From the NCBI RefSeq assembly GCF_000150275.1, contig NW_002060946.1:4359454-4423453 (forward strand): 64,000 nt of DNA. The letters are read 5' to 3'. The number at the start of each line of letters is the position of its first letter. Within the stretch, counting starts at the first letter, position 1. The notes beneath the pieces were generated by a model. That model ran no database searches. It had not been told where the DNA came from and worked only from the letters and a program-made list of their open reading frames with translations. Source of the stretch: Trichoplax adhaerens. Taxonomy: Eukaryota; Animalia; Placozoa. Shown piece after piece: positions 34,473 through 45,600 of this stretch. The position numbers were made by a program, and so were the translations under genes.

Positions 34473-34871
34473 CTATTTCAACGTACGTTTGCCTAAAGAT
34501 TGTCCCTCTCTCCATGCAGCTACTTTTAATGTTGTCTCTTCTGTTTTGAGAGCTTGTTGGCGAAATTCCTTCTTCAATGAACGTCGCAAAGCTTGTGCAC
34601 AAGCATTGGAATATCTAATATAACTAACGATCAAAAAAAAGGGGAGAAAAAGAGATCATGAGAAATCTGCCAGTGGGCTAGTAGAAAGGCGTTCGCTGAA
34701 CAAAAATAAGAGAATCAATATGTAGTTCAAACTATATTGAGGATGAATATGTGAGATGGAATTGATCCGAATAGTTGTCATGTTATGATGTTATGCAGGG
34801 TAAGTTATTGAAATCACTGTACAATCATGGATGGCGTACTTTAATCCGGCTGCTCTCCACGATGACACCAT
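34473..34871 (-). CDS. ATP5F1E: Mitochondrial ATP synthase F1 subunit epsilon
   Basis: MVSSWRAAGL|NYIRYSNACAQALRRSLKKEFRQQALKTEETTLKVAAWREGQSLGK matches the WRxAGLxYIRYSxxCA motif. The ORF track misses it. The C-terminus is ambiguous: read-through stop at 34473, or a third exon ending at 34282. Confidence 0.92.
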
Positions 34872-34930
34872 CTTGCATTCGAGTCGACGCGAAAAGTCTT
34901 GTGGGACGGCACGCCGCAGGAAAATGATTT

Positions 34931-35285
34931 AATATTGCAGAGTTCGAGTACAGTACAGTACAGTACGTCAGTACTACAGTACAGTACAGTACAGCAGTAC
35001 TGTAATATTACAGAATCAGAGTACTGAACACTGTGCTGTACTGTACACTGTACACTGTACAGTACTACAGTACAGCAACAATATTGCAGAGTCAGAGTAC
35101 TGTACTGTAATGAACACTGTGCTGTACAGTACAGTACAGTACAGTACTACAGCAGTAATATTGAAGAGTCAGAGTACTGAACACTATGCTGTACTGTACA
35201 GTACTGTACTGTACAGTACTGTACTGTACTGCATAATATTGTAGAGTCAGAGTAGTGAATCGTGAACACTGTGCTGTACTGTACA
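34931..35285. repeat. ~76-bp tandem repeat (5 copies) built from an AATATTGCAGAGTCAGAGTAC core plus CAGTA/TACTG tracts
   Basis: Cores start at 34931, 35004, 35080, 35157 and 35235, with a further core at about 35492. Confidence 0.85.
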
Positions 35286-36101
35286 ATTTTTTTTACTATC
35301 TATTGACATTCAGTAGTACGTTCATGTTATCATGATAATCTATCTTCGGAGATAGCCTTCTATGGGTATATATAAATACTATGCAGGAATTTCAACGGAA
35401 TACAACTTTGATTTTTTAACGAAGAGGAGACATCGAAAATAATCAGATTGTACTGTACAAGTGTACATTACAGTACTGTACAGTACGGTACAGTATTGCA
35501 GAGTCAGAGTACAGTACTGTACTGTACTGTACTGCACACTTGACCTTTCAGATTTTGAAGTTGAATACTGTACTGTACAGCTTCAAATGAGTCCATGACT
35601 TTATGTATCATATCTAAAGGTATAGAACTTATTACAGATTCAATGCTATTTCGTAAGTCAACTAAAGTAACTCTATCGTTACTTTTATAAACACGGTCCT
35701 TGACATAACCCCATAAGAAAAAATACGGGATTAAGTCAGGGGATCGTGCTGGCCAGATCGATTGATGTATTATTTGTTCACTTTCCGAAATTTATTTGTT
35801 TTTGGATGTTAAAATTTATCGGCTGAAATATCTTAGACATACTGTACAGTACAGTACAGTGTACTGTACAGTGTACAGTAGTAGCAATTAATTAGAATAC
35901 AGTACTGTACACTGCATCATTAGAATTCTCAACTGGTTAATAATAGGAGAGAGGGGAAGTAGAGTGTAATTATGCCATATTTACTTATTTGCGTAGAGTA
36001 CAGTGTACTGTACTCTATATTAAGTTAATCTAGCTGCAAATCTTCTTTTTAAGGTACAGTACAGTTGTACAGTACTGCAGATTGTTTGGCCGTTCATTCA
36101 G

Positions 36102-36960
36102 GGGGATTTCCCAGTTTATTGAAAGTTATACTGTACTGTACCCCTAGTTCTTTAGGGGATAACTTTAAATAAACTAGCATCCGCTAATTTTGGTAACCGC
36201 ACATTTGGCAGTGACAAGTTGCTATTTCACATCCCTATAGTAAAGTACATACAGTACAGTTAATTACACATGACTTTATTGATCAACCTGAAAGAAACTA
36301 AAAGTAGCTGACGTCATCGTGAAGTATTGTGCCTAGTATCGCCTTTCATTTTAAAATCCTATTGTTTCCAAGTATTTTGAACATTTCCGGTAAGTAGAAT
36401 TAATTTTTGTTATCATTATCATTTCATATCTGGGTAGGGGTAAACCAATCCGAATTTCGTATTACCGGTACTACTCATTCATTCTTTTTATGAAGTAGGA
36501 AATCATTGCTGAAGGCCATTCCATGCTTGTCTACAAGCTATTTTTAGTAAGGTAAATAAACATGATTTAAACGTTATTTCTATAAATTATGAATTACGGC
36601 ATACAATATTATACAATATCGCTGGCAACACTTTGCAATATTGTACATTTCTTCTCGTACAGTACTTGTCCACTACAGGACAAACATGGACAACAACGGA
36701 ATGCATAGTAATCATTTTTAACCAATCGACCAACTTCAATTCTAAATGATATACACCTCTGCGACTACAATAACTACTGTATGTTTTTGAACATTAGAGC
36801 ATAAATGTTCACACCGTAATCGAAAGGAATATTAATTAATGTACACGATTAAATTAAATTACTATGCAATCTTTATTTTTAAAATTCTGGTAAAAATTAC
36901 GTCATGCATGGTCTTTCAGCTAGCTCTGCCAACGTTACGTTTGATGCAAGCTCATAAAAA
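36102..36960 (+). promoter_or_regulatory. Cluster of inducible/immune-type TF motifs upstream of the secreted protein gene
   Basis: kB GGGGATTTCCC 36102-36112; IRF-E-like GAAACTAAAAGT 36294-36305; CRE TGACGTCA 36309-36316; GAS-like TTCCGGTAA 36385-36393 and TTCTGGTAA 36885-36893; TTACGTCA 36897-36904; C/EBP-ATF TGATGCAAG 36942-36950; TATA-like CATAAAAA 36953-36960. Confidence 0.5.
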
Positions 36961-37065
36961 GACGTTCCTAAAGATTATCTGATCCAAAGAACAGCATCGC
37001 TCTATTACAGTAGATCAATTTTAAACTTATTATTTCCTGCTTCCTTTTTATTTACCACTATCAGG

Positions 37066-37689
37066 ATGCACATCTATTCCATTTTGGTCTTTATCGCGCT
37101 TTTATCGTCAAATTCGGCTGAGGCAAGGCCATCGAAAAGGAACGTATTTGATGCTTTTGCTGATAATCATCCAGGATCAGACAATAAACTATTCAACAAT
37201 TTGAAATATTTGGCAAATAATAGCCATCGTTTACAAGAAAAGTTGAGCAGGAATCAAGATAACCTAAAGTTGAAGTTGTGTTCCACAATTACCAATTCCA
37301 TAGATTGCATGGTACCTGCTAATTTTTCATTGACTAGTCTATCACGAAATAAAACTTTATTGGCCCAATTCTCCAATGATAACTGCTCAAAAAATGTTGC
37401 CGATTCTGGATTAAGTACGTATTATCGATACTTCAGTTTTGCCAAAATTCTTCTCTTAAATGTGCAACAAAATCTAGGTAATACTATTATTGATTCAGAA
37501 TTAAATGCTACTCTTGAATCATTATTCCAAATCTCTAAGCTATTAAGTTGTAATCTTAATCAGTTTATGATGAGTAATATACCAGTTTGTTTAATACCAA
37601 TAGATGTAAGATACAAATGTAATATAAGTTTAACGTTATTAAGTAAAGTATTGCAATTACTAAAAATCGATTTACAATCAAGTAAGTAA
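37066..37689 (+). CDS. Intronless secreted 207-aa protein, candidate long-chain four-helix cytokine (IL-6/G-CSF/LIF-like)
   Basis: A long uninterrupted ORF in AT-rich DNA. It has a signal peptide (likely cleavage AEA|RP), 6 Cys, 6 N-glycosylation sequons and four amphipathic helical segments. Coding status is likely; the family assignment is inferred. Confidence 0.75.
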   Translation: MHIYSILVFIALLSSNSAEARPSKRNVFDAFADNHPGSDNKLFNNLKYLANNSHRLQEKLSRNQDNLKLKLCSTITNSIDCMVPANFSLTSLSRNKTLLAQFSNDNCSKNVADSGLSTYYRYFSFAKILLLNVQQNLGNTIIDSELNATLESLFQISKLLSCNLNQFMMSNIPVCLIPIDVRYKCNISLTLLSKVLQLLKIDLQSSK

Positions 37690-39615
37690 GAGTTTATGCT
37701 GGTTAATTTACCTTTACTAATTATTGTAGTATATAATTAATGACCATTGTGTTATTCTTTATCTATATCTTGCATATTTTATCATTCGACTAGAGTACTT
37801 GTTTCGATCCTATAACACATAAATGAAATCAGTAAATATTTTATCGCCTACAATAAAATCGATATAGCTGTTTTTGTACATGCATTGTAATATCACGAAA
37901 ATATCTGTTAATCTTCGTTTAATGTTAACTAAGCTATGTTATCGATAAGATTTTTAAAAATGAATATTAGCAACACAATTGAATTAATAGAGTGTACACG
38001 AATATTTTTCAACCTCTATTTTAATATATATGTTATATCTTAATAATTTTGATAAAGGCACTAATATATAACTAAACAATAATACTAAAAATTGACTATG
38101 ACCGTCATCGATTAAAATAATAAAGTTAAACTAATTCATAATTAAAAAAATGACCGTACTCTTATTGCAGTCTACTACGTTATAAGAAAATTAGATACCA
38201 TGTTTAATAGTATTGAATAATAATTCTTTTTTATGGTATAATGTACTGTAGAAGCCTATGCTAATACAAATTCGGTTACTATTACATCAGAAGATAAATT
38301 AGCAGCCAATTACTGTTAGAATTCTAATCCGTATATGATGCAACTAATACTACGTGTATATTTCATGCAATTGCTAATCTCTGCCTTAAATGAGTAACCT
38401 CGATAAAAGGAGGATTGGTTTGATAAATCACAAATGAATGCAAGTGAAAGCTCTTTGCATTATAATTTAAGGCTATGGACTATACATACATAATAATATA
38501 TGCATATTTTGATTACATCACTCCAAAATAGGAATACTTGTCGAAATTTTCGCTTTAAACAGCTTCAACGAAAACATATCGCTGTAAATATACCACAATA
38601 ATATACTCGCATACACGTACGACTTCGCGATCTTGTGACCGTTATTATAAGATTATTATTGAAAATCGATAACTGGATAACACAATACCGTACTAATCCA
38701 ATCTGACGACGATTCAAATTTACACTCTTCAATTTTATTACCTAATTTTGTCCACAAAATATCAGTTTATTTTATGCATAATGATAGCATGAATAATTAG
38801 TACAGATTCGTCAAATCAATGCATAAAAATTTTTATTATGTACCGTATACTACTGACAGTGAATAAATTATGATTGATAATATCTTATAAGTTTTTTTCA
38901 TCAAACAAATTTTAACTTGCATATGGGATTTTTAGAATATCTTCAGGCTAAATTCTATTATATTATATTATTCTCCATTTTTATTAATTATGAATAAATT
39001 ACTGGGGATATCGTATCTGTCAGATATTTTATAGATATCTTCATTAAAAATATATATTAATCTTCTGTATGATTATACAGCAAGCGAGTATGTTCGTACA
39101 TATTCATTGAAATAGTTAGCGCAATGTGCTCGATATGTCTATAAACATATGTAATAAATGTATACATTTTGATATGTAATAATTTAGAATAAAAATCAAT
39201 TTTGCATGATGTGATCGTTTATAGTTATAACTGTAAATTGTTAGCTTTAAATGCGTATCCAATAAATAACCCTTTCTTACGTAGCAATTCTGGTACTGTT
39301 AATGTTATTAAGTGCGGATACCGATAATTTGATCAACTATACTTGTGACTATACTCGTACAACAGATACTAAATAATAGCTTTTGAGTAATGAGCAAGTA
39401 GACATATTCCTCATCATCTGGTCATGTAAAAAAATTGTATCACACTTCCGAAACATGTAACAATATCCATTAAGTTTGAACAGTATATATTAATACTTAA
39501 TCATTTATATAGGGAGATTTTGTAAAATCGAATAAGCAAATATAACCACAATTCTAATAATACCTATTGTGTATTCATCTATACAATACAACGTAAAAAT
39601 TAACGTTTGAGAATC

Positions 39616-42600
39616 CTATTCAATTCGGCTTTGCAATTTCTTCAATAATTCGTCAATATAATCCTGTACGTAATAAATTTTCACATTTATTATATCAGAA
39701 TCAGAAAGGATAACGACGTGAAAGTAGGTAGTGAGGACTAAAGCTAAACTTACTAATTTCATGTAGCATATAATTCTTAACTTATTGCGTTTTATATTTT
39801 CTTGCTCAAGCACTTTCAACGCATCATTGAGGCATATATTTTCGTCCATTCCTATCACCTAAAAGTTGTTTCATTCAAAGACGTACATAGTTATAATATA
39901 CATCAGCCATTTTTATGCGAAAGCTGTATATTTTGTTATATCGTACTTTCGTCAATACTTATAAAAATGCATTACTATACCATAGATAAGCATATAATCT
40001 TTTCGCATCTTCCACACTTTTGATCATTTGGTAAAAGGCTTAAAGGATCAACCTTGTGTTTAGTTTTAGATTCTAAATAAAAATGAGCGCATTTCTTAAC
40101 ACTGAATAAGTAAGTATGCTGTAGGGAGTGATAAAAAGTTAGCCATATTATTTTTCATACTCTTATCTTCATCTTGAATTACAGTCATCTTCAAACCAAA
40201 CTTTAAGAGGGAATCAATAGCTTCACTTTCAGATTTTCTATTATTACAAAATAATCGTATTGATACACGTAAGTAAATAATAAAATGTGAAAAGCTTAAT
40301 ATAAATAAAAAATAGCGTTTAAATACAACATTTACTTAATAGCCGAAAGTTCATGGATAAGTTGGCGACAAATTGATTGACCATACGATTCCTAACAAAG
40401 CGCATTTATGTATATTTCAACGTTTCAATTAGAGAACATGGTGATTTTTCAAAATTATAATTATCTAGCATGTTATTTAAGAATTACAACTTAAAAGTAC
40501 TTATCAAAAATATGTAACAAGTTACTTACGGATGCGGCTGACATACAAATAATTGCTCTCTCAATTGAAAAATGTAGTTTTTTATACGTCATTAACTCCT
40601 GCATGATGATTATTATTCAATAGAAGAGAAAATCGAAATTAATATTGATATGCCAATTCCTAGAGCAGACATTTGCACTACTCACCTTACATATCTTTAC
40701 TCCGTCAGTAAGCCAATTTGTAGTTGCAAATTGTACTTCTTCAGAACAGTTGTAACCACAATTCGTGAATGTGTAATAGACCTAGTTAAATTGTTCAAAT
40801 ATATTTATACCCTTTGAAAGATACGCACATAACTTTAAAATTGCACTCACTGAAGGCAGAATAACAATAAATTCTTTCGGCTCTTGGACAATTCGATAAA
40901 CTGGAACGCCCATTTTCGCTAAAATACTTGGTGGTATCTAAACATTGTGTTGTATAGTATACAATATTAAAATTTGCAGACAATAAAGTTTAAGAATTAT
41001 TACCCTATAATCAGGCTATACAGCTAGAATTGTAGTGACTTAAAGCCGTAATCATACGACTCTTGTTGTTAATAGGGAAATTACTACTATAGTAGACGAA
41101 ATAAATATTATAATGTAAAATTCTTACAAGGACTGACGGATGATATTCTTTATTGCAAGACTTCAATGTATAAAATTTTATTGCCTTTTCGAGCCTTTTC
41201 GCATATCTTGAACTAACGCAATACCTAATTCAATGTCAAGGAAAATATCGTTTTAATTGTATTGATATGCAAACAAATCTAACTTTTTGATAATTTTTTA
41301 CATAATAGATAAATTTTTGTTTTATTACCAGATTCTCGGAGAGCCTGTATGGCAATAGTTCATTATGGAAAATCCATACTCAGAAAAACTCCAGGGCGTA
41401 GAAGAGTACAACATGCCAATATTTAGTCGCGGTGTAGTTAGATCTAATGTTAGAATAGAACAGAAATCTCAAATTAACGAACCATAAGTTAATAAGATTA
41501 CAGAAATGCGGATGGTAATGGTTTAGTGTACGTACTCTTATTATCATACTTAAACATAAAATTTGCTACCTGATACTGGCCCAAAATGATGAGAAATAAA
41601 ATTTTTATTTTTATTAAGTAAACATAAATTCCAAGAATGCCTAAAATTAAAAATATAAGATATAGAAGAGATCTTTATAGGGTCTACTGTTTACGCAAAA
41701 CATAAGAATTTAATTTATTTATAACTTCTAATAGCTACGACATAATTGGAGTAAGAAAAGTATAATTTTTGATATTATATTAGTTTAACCTCGAGTATGG
41801 GCTTGATTTTTGCGTAGGAAATCCACTTCTCGAAAGAAAATATTTAAAAAATGTGATATTATTTCGCTTAAGTAAAAATATTTAGGTGTGCTACCTAATT
41901 TCAATTCATACCTGCCATGCGCTTTGGTATCTAATGTAACTGAGTGAACACTAACGTGGAATTCACGATTCTCGACTAATTTCCAAAATTCGTTCTGAAA
42001 AATTAAATGTAATTAAATGTAACGTTCATTAAGGCGTAAATCTTATCATGGTCTAATAAGTATAAGAAACTGTGCAATTAAGTTCTGTTTTCCATTAATG
42101 ATGTGAATATATCCATGAATACAGTACTACCTCTAGTTGCTTCGGTAAATGTTTAGTTTTTGACACTGTTTCAGAGAAATTATAAGCCATGCGCCGAAAT
42201 GACGACAGTGCAAAGCTACGACCCTAGTAGTTCAGATATCGGTTAAGTAATTCTATAGGCATACTATAAGTAATATCTGCGATACAGATAGCATTCATAC
42301 CTGTACGTCACATAAATCTATTTCCAATGGATCTAAAATAAAAGTTTTAATGCAGATGAAAAAATTTTTTATATAATTACTAGAAATATTTTTAAACAGT
42401 GCAACGACGCATACAAACCATGTCATCCTTATGATAACTTATACAAGTATTTACCGTTGTCTTTCGTTTTCTCTTCCTCTTTTCGACAAAATTCTAAAAT
42501 ATTAGTTTTTTCATCCTGATTATTGGCGTGAGTATGAAATTATATAACAAGTTAGTTGTGATGGGTACGAAATACCATTACGTTCATTGAAAAATTAAAT

Positions 42601-45600
42601 ACTAACGTCTTCTAACATATCATAGGATAGCAAATATTTGTAGTAATCATCTTGTATTTTGGTTACACGATGAGGTACCTTTAAATATATTAAAAGTTAG
42701 AAGTATTATAATCTTGATTTCGTATAATGTATGCAAAAACAAGATCATTGTTCACTATGATATGAAATTCGACGTACTGTTTTCGGTATGTATAAAGCTT
42801 CACATACTTTATTCCATTTATTTTTATTAATAACCTGAAATTAGGATAAAACCAAGACCATTATGAGCCTAGTAAACTATCAATCAATACAGTTACTTCA
42901 TAAATGGAACAAAAGAGACCATAACCTTCTAGTAAAATGCCTAACTAAGTTAGAGAAATTAGAATTGCATACTACCTGCTGTAATCCACCAAGTTCTTTG
43001 ATTACTTTCGAAAGCCTCGGTAAATCGATATCGATTCCACCAAGCTAAAGAATAAAAACATACTAATCTTTAATTTTTATCAATCACCAATATATTTATG
43101 TGTTAAAGTTAGTTCTTTATACTAGAAAACTGTTGCTCTGTTATATGGTAATTTTACAAGAGAGACATATTGTGCAATGACTTGGATTTAACACTAACTG
43201 ATGGAATCTGCTTTAATTCTATGCCTTCTTTCATTAAATGCTTCCTTATGCAATCTAGCTGTTCCGAATTAGGACCAAATCTTTCAGCAATTTAATTAAA
43301 AGATGTAAAAATTAATAAGTAGTAGTTTACGCGGATAAATTTAGAAAACTGCCAATAATTCTAGATAAAGCTAAAAATACCTTTGAAATAATTGTTCAAC
43401 GTATTGCACATTACTTGTAAAGTGGATATTATCATTGACTTTACATTCAGGCTATGTTTGTAAATTTGGAATCGTAGTTAATCTGTAGTGAGTTACATCG
43501 ATGATTTAACATTTCAAAAAGACTAATGAAAATATTAGATATTTAACCTCCCAATCATTTGGTGGAGTAATTTTACAAATCCCATATTCCTTAACTCGCG
43601 AACATATCGAATCTAAAAAATTGGCAGGATCGGAAAATTCTTCCTTACTAGGCTTGAATGTCGGTGCTTCCACTGTTGTTTTCGTTACAGTCAATTCGGT
43701 CGATCTGCGTTGTTTGGTCTTATGCATCTTATTATCGTAAACTTTCGAGTGTGAAGGAGTTTCCATTCCAATTTCTATACTGCCTTCCTTATCATATTTT
43801 TCTTCTACCACAATTATCAAATATTGTATTATTCAAATAACGTAATTGTAACGTACAAATTAAGGCGACGTTTATAGAAAATCTAGCTAATATCATTATA
43901 CGTTAGTACTATACATTTACTGGTTTGGTCTAAGAAGGATTTTCCAAGTTTTTCTTGATCATTAAAGCTACCCTGGTTGGTAACCTTAGCTACACGACCT
44001 ACGTAAAGATAAATAAAGTCAACCATCAGAATCCTGCGTACGATTAGTTGATGTATTCTCACTAGTATACTGTATAATTGCAGATTACGAAAACTGAAGT
44101 ATCCAACATGGATACAGCATATTAAGAAAATAAGAAAGGCTTTAGTATCAAGCTGAGCAGACAAACAATATTTGCAGCGTTACGGCAGTTCCTACATACT
44201 AAATTTGAGTTGGCATACATTAAATAGAAAAACAAATCGATTCGTCCACACTATACACATCAATGAAATTATACCTTTATTATTTTTTACTAATTTTGCA
44301 GATTCTGAATTATCATATTCCATACTTTTTCTTTTTTTAGGAACTTGAATATACTCATTGCTTTTCATTGGCATTGAATGCACCATGGGTTTGGCATTAT
44401 CCGGGCACGAATTTAATTGCATGTACGAATAAGGTTGAGGCACAGAAGGATAATTGTACAAAGGATAGTTTGAAAATGTCGGTGAATTAGAAGGATGTAC
44501 AACTGGAGGTGGAAATGGATACAATGGCGTTGGTTTCAATAACAGAGCCGGATTGATACTAGCTAAAGAGGTGGCAGGATATATTTCAGACATTAACGTT
44601 GAAGTTGTCGAGGTGTATTCCGACGATGAACATGCCTCCAATCTATTTACAATTTCTCGATGCCTTTGTTTACTTTCTTTACGCTTTCTAGATGAAGATT
44701 CATATGATACCTCCTATCAGGTAAAAAAATAGAAACTTACATTAAACAGAAAGTTTTTAGTAATATCAAGAGTGAATTGTTATCGATATAACCTCGATAT
44801 TATTTGCAACTGAAGGTAAGCAGGTAGATGATGGACTAGTTTCCGTTTTTGAAGAACTTTTATCATCTATTCTAAGGTCATGTTGGGAATTGCAAACAAC
44901 AGATGTCGTATCAGGTTTTACTATTTTAGTCCTCTTTTCGTTAATATGACCTTGCATATTTGTTTCGGTAGAACTCTTCAATTTTAATAATGAAGATGGT
45001 AATTTAGGATATTCTATAATGAGAAAATGTGAGGTGTGAATTATAACGGACATAAAATGATTACAAATGTAATTTTGATAGTATTATGCCAATATTACCT
45101 TTGTAACAAAGAAAGTTCACTAGATCTTCGGTGTATACTTTGCTTCCATTTTGGTTTGTTTCCTTGTTGTACTTTAATGATAAACTTTACAAAAGTATGA
45201 TATGCCATTAAACGATATGCTATGCTACTGTATCAATAAAATGTTTGAAATTATAAATTAAATATTACATGGTTGTATCTACAAGCAAATATATTATGGT
45301 AATGTAACAAGCGTATGTGTGCGATACTTGATGAGATTAGAGCGTGAAAATTAATTTCTGCAATTACTTATAAAGCAGTGATTAACTGTCATGGTTCTCA
45401 TTCATAATTGGATTTTGTAATATTATATGTCTCCAGAAGTATTAAAATAGTACTAACAAGCTTTAAGGAAATTATAGAAATCAACTCTTTACAGTCTTTC
45501 TATGTATGTCTGGTAACACCTAGTAAGTAATCTAAGCATATCATTCTATCTACTTCACAATATTCATGAATGCTGATATGAAATATACTTAAAGGAATAA

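Noticed and set aside
37066-37689. Type I interferon or neuropeptide precursor identity for the secreted ORF
   Set aside because: Being intronless is IFN-like, but there is no CAWE-type motif and the helix pattern fits the IL-6/G-CSF type better. A single N-terminal KR site and no repeated amidated peptides argue against a neuropeptide precursor.
37690-38200. AU-rich instability elements in the candidate cytokine 3'UTR
   Set aside because: ATTTA pentamers are sparse and not clustered beyond AT-rich background.
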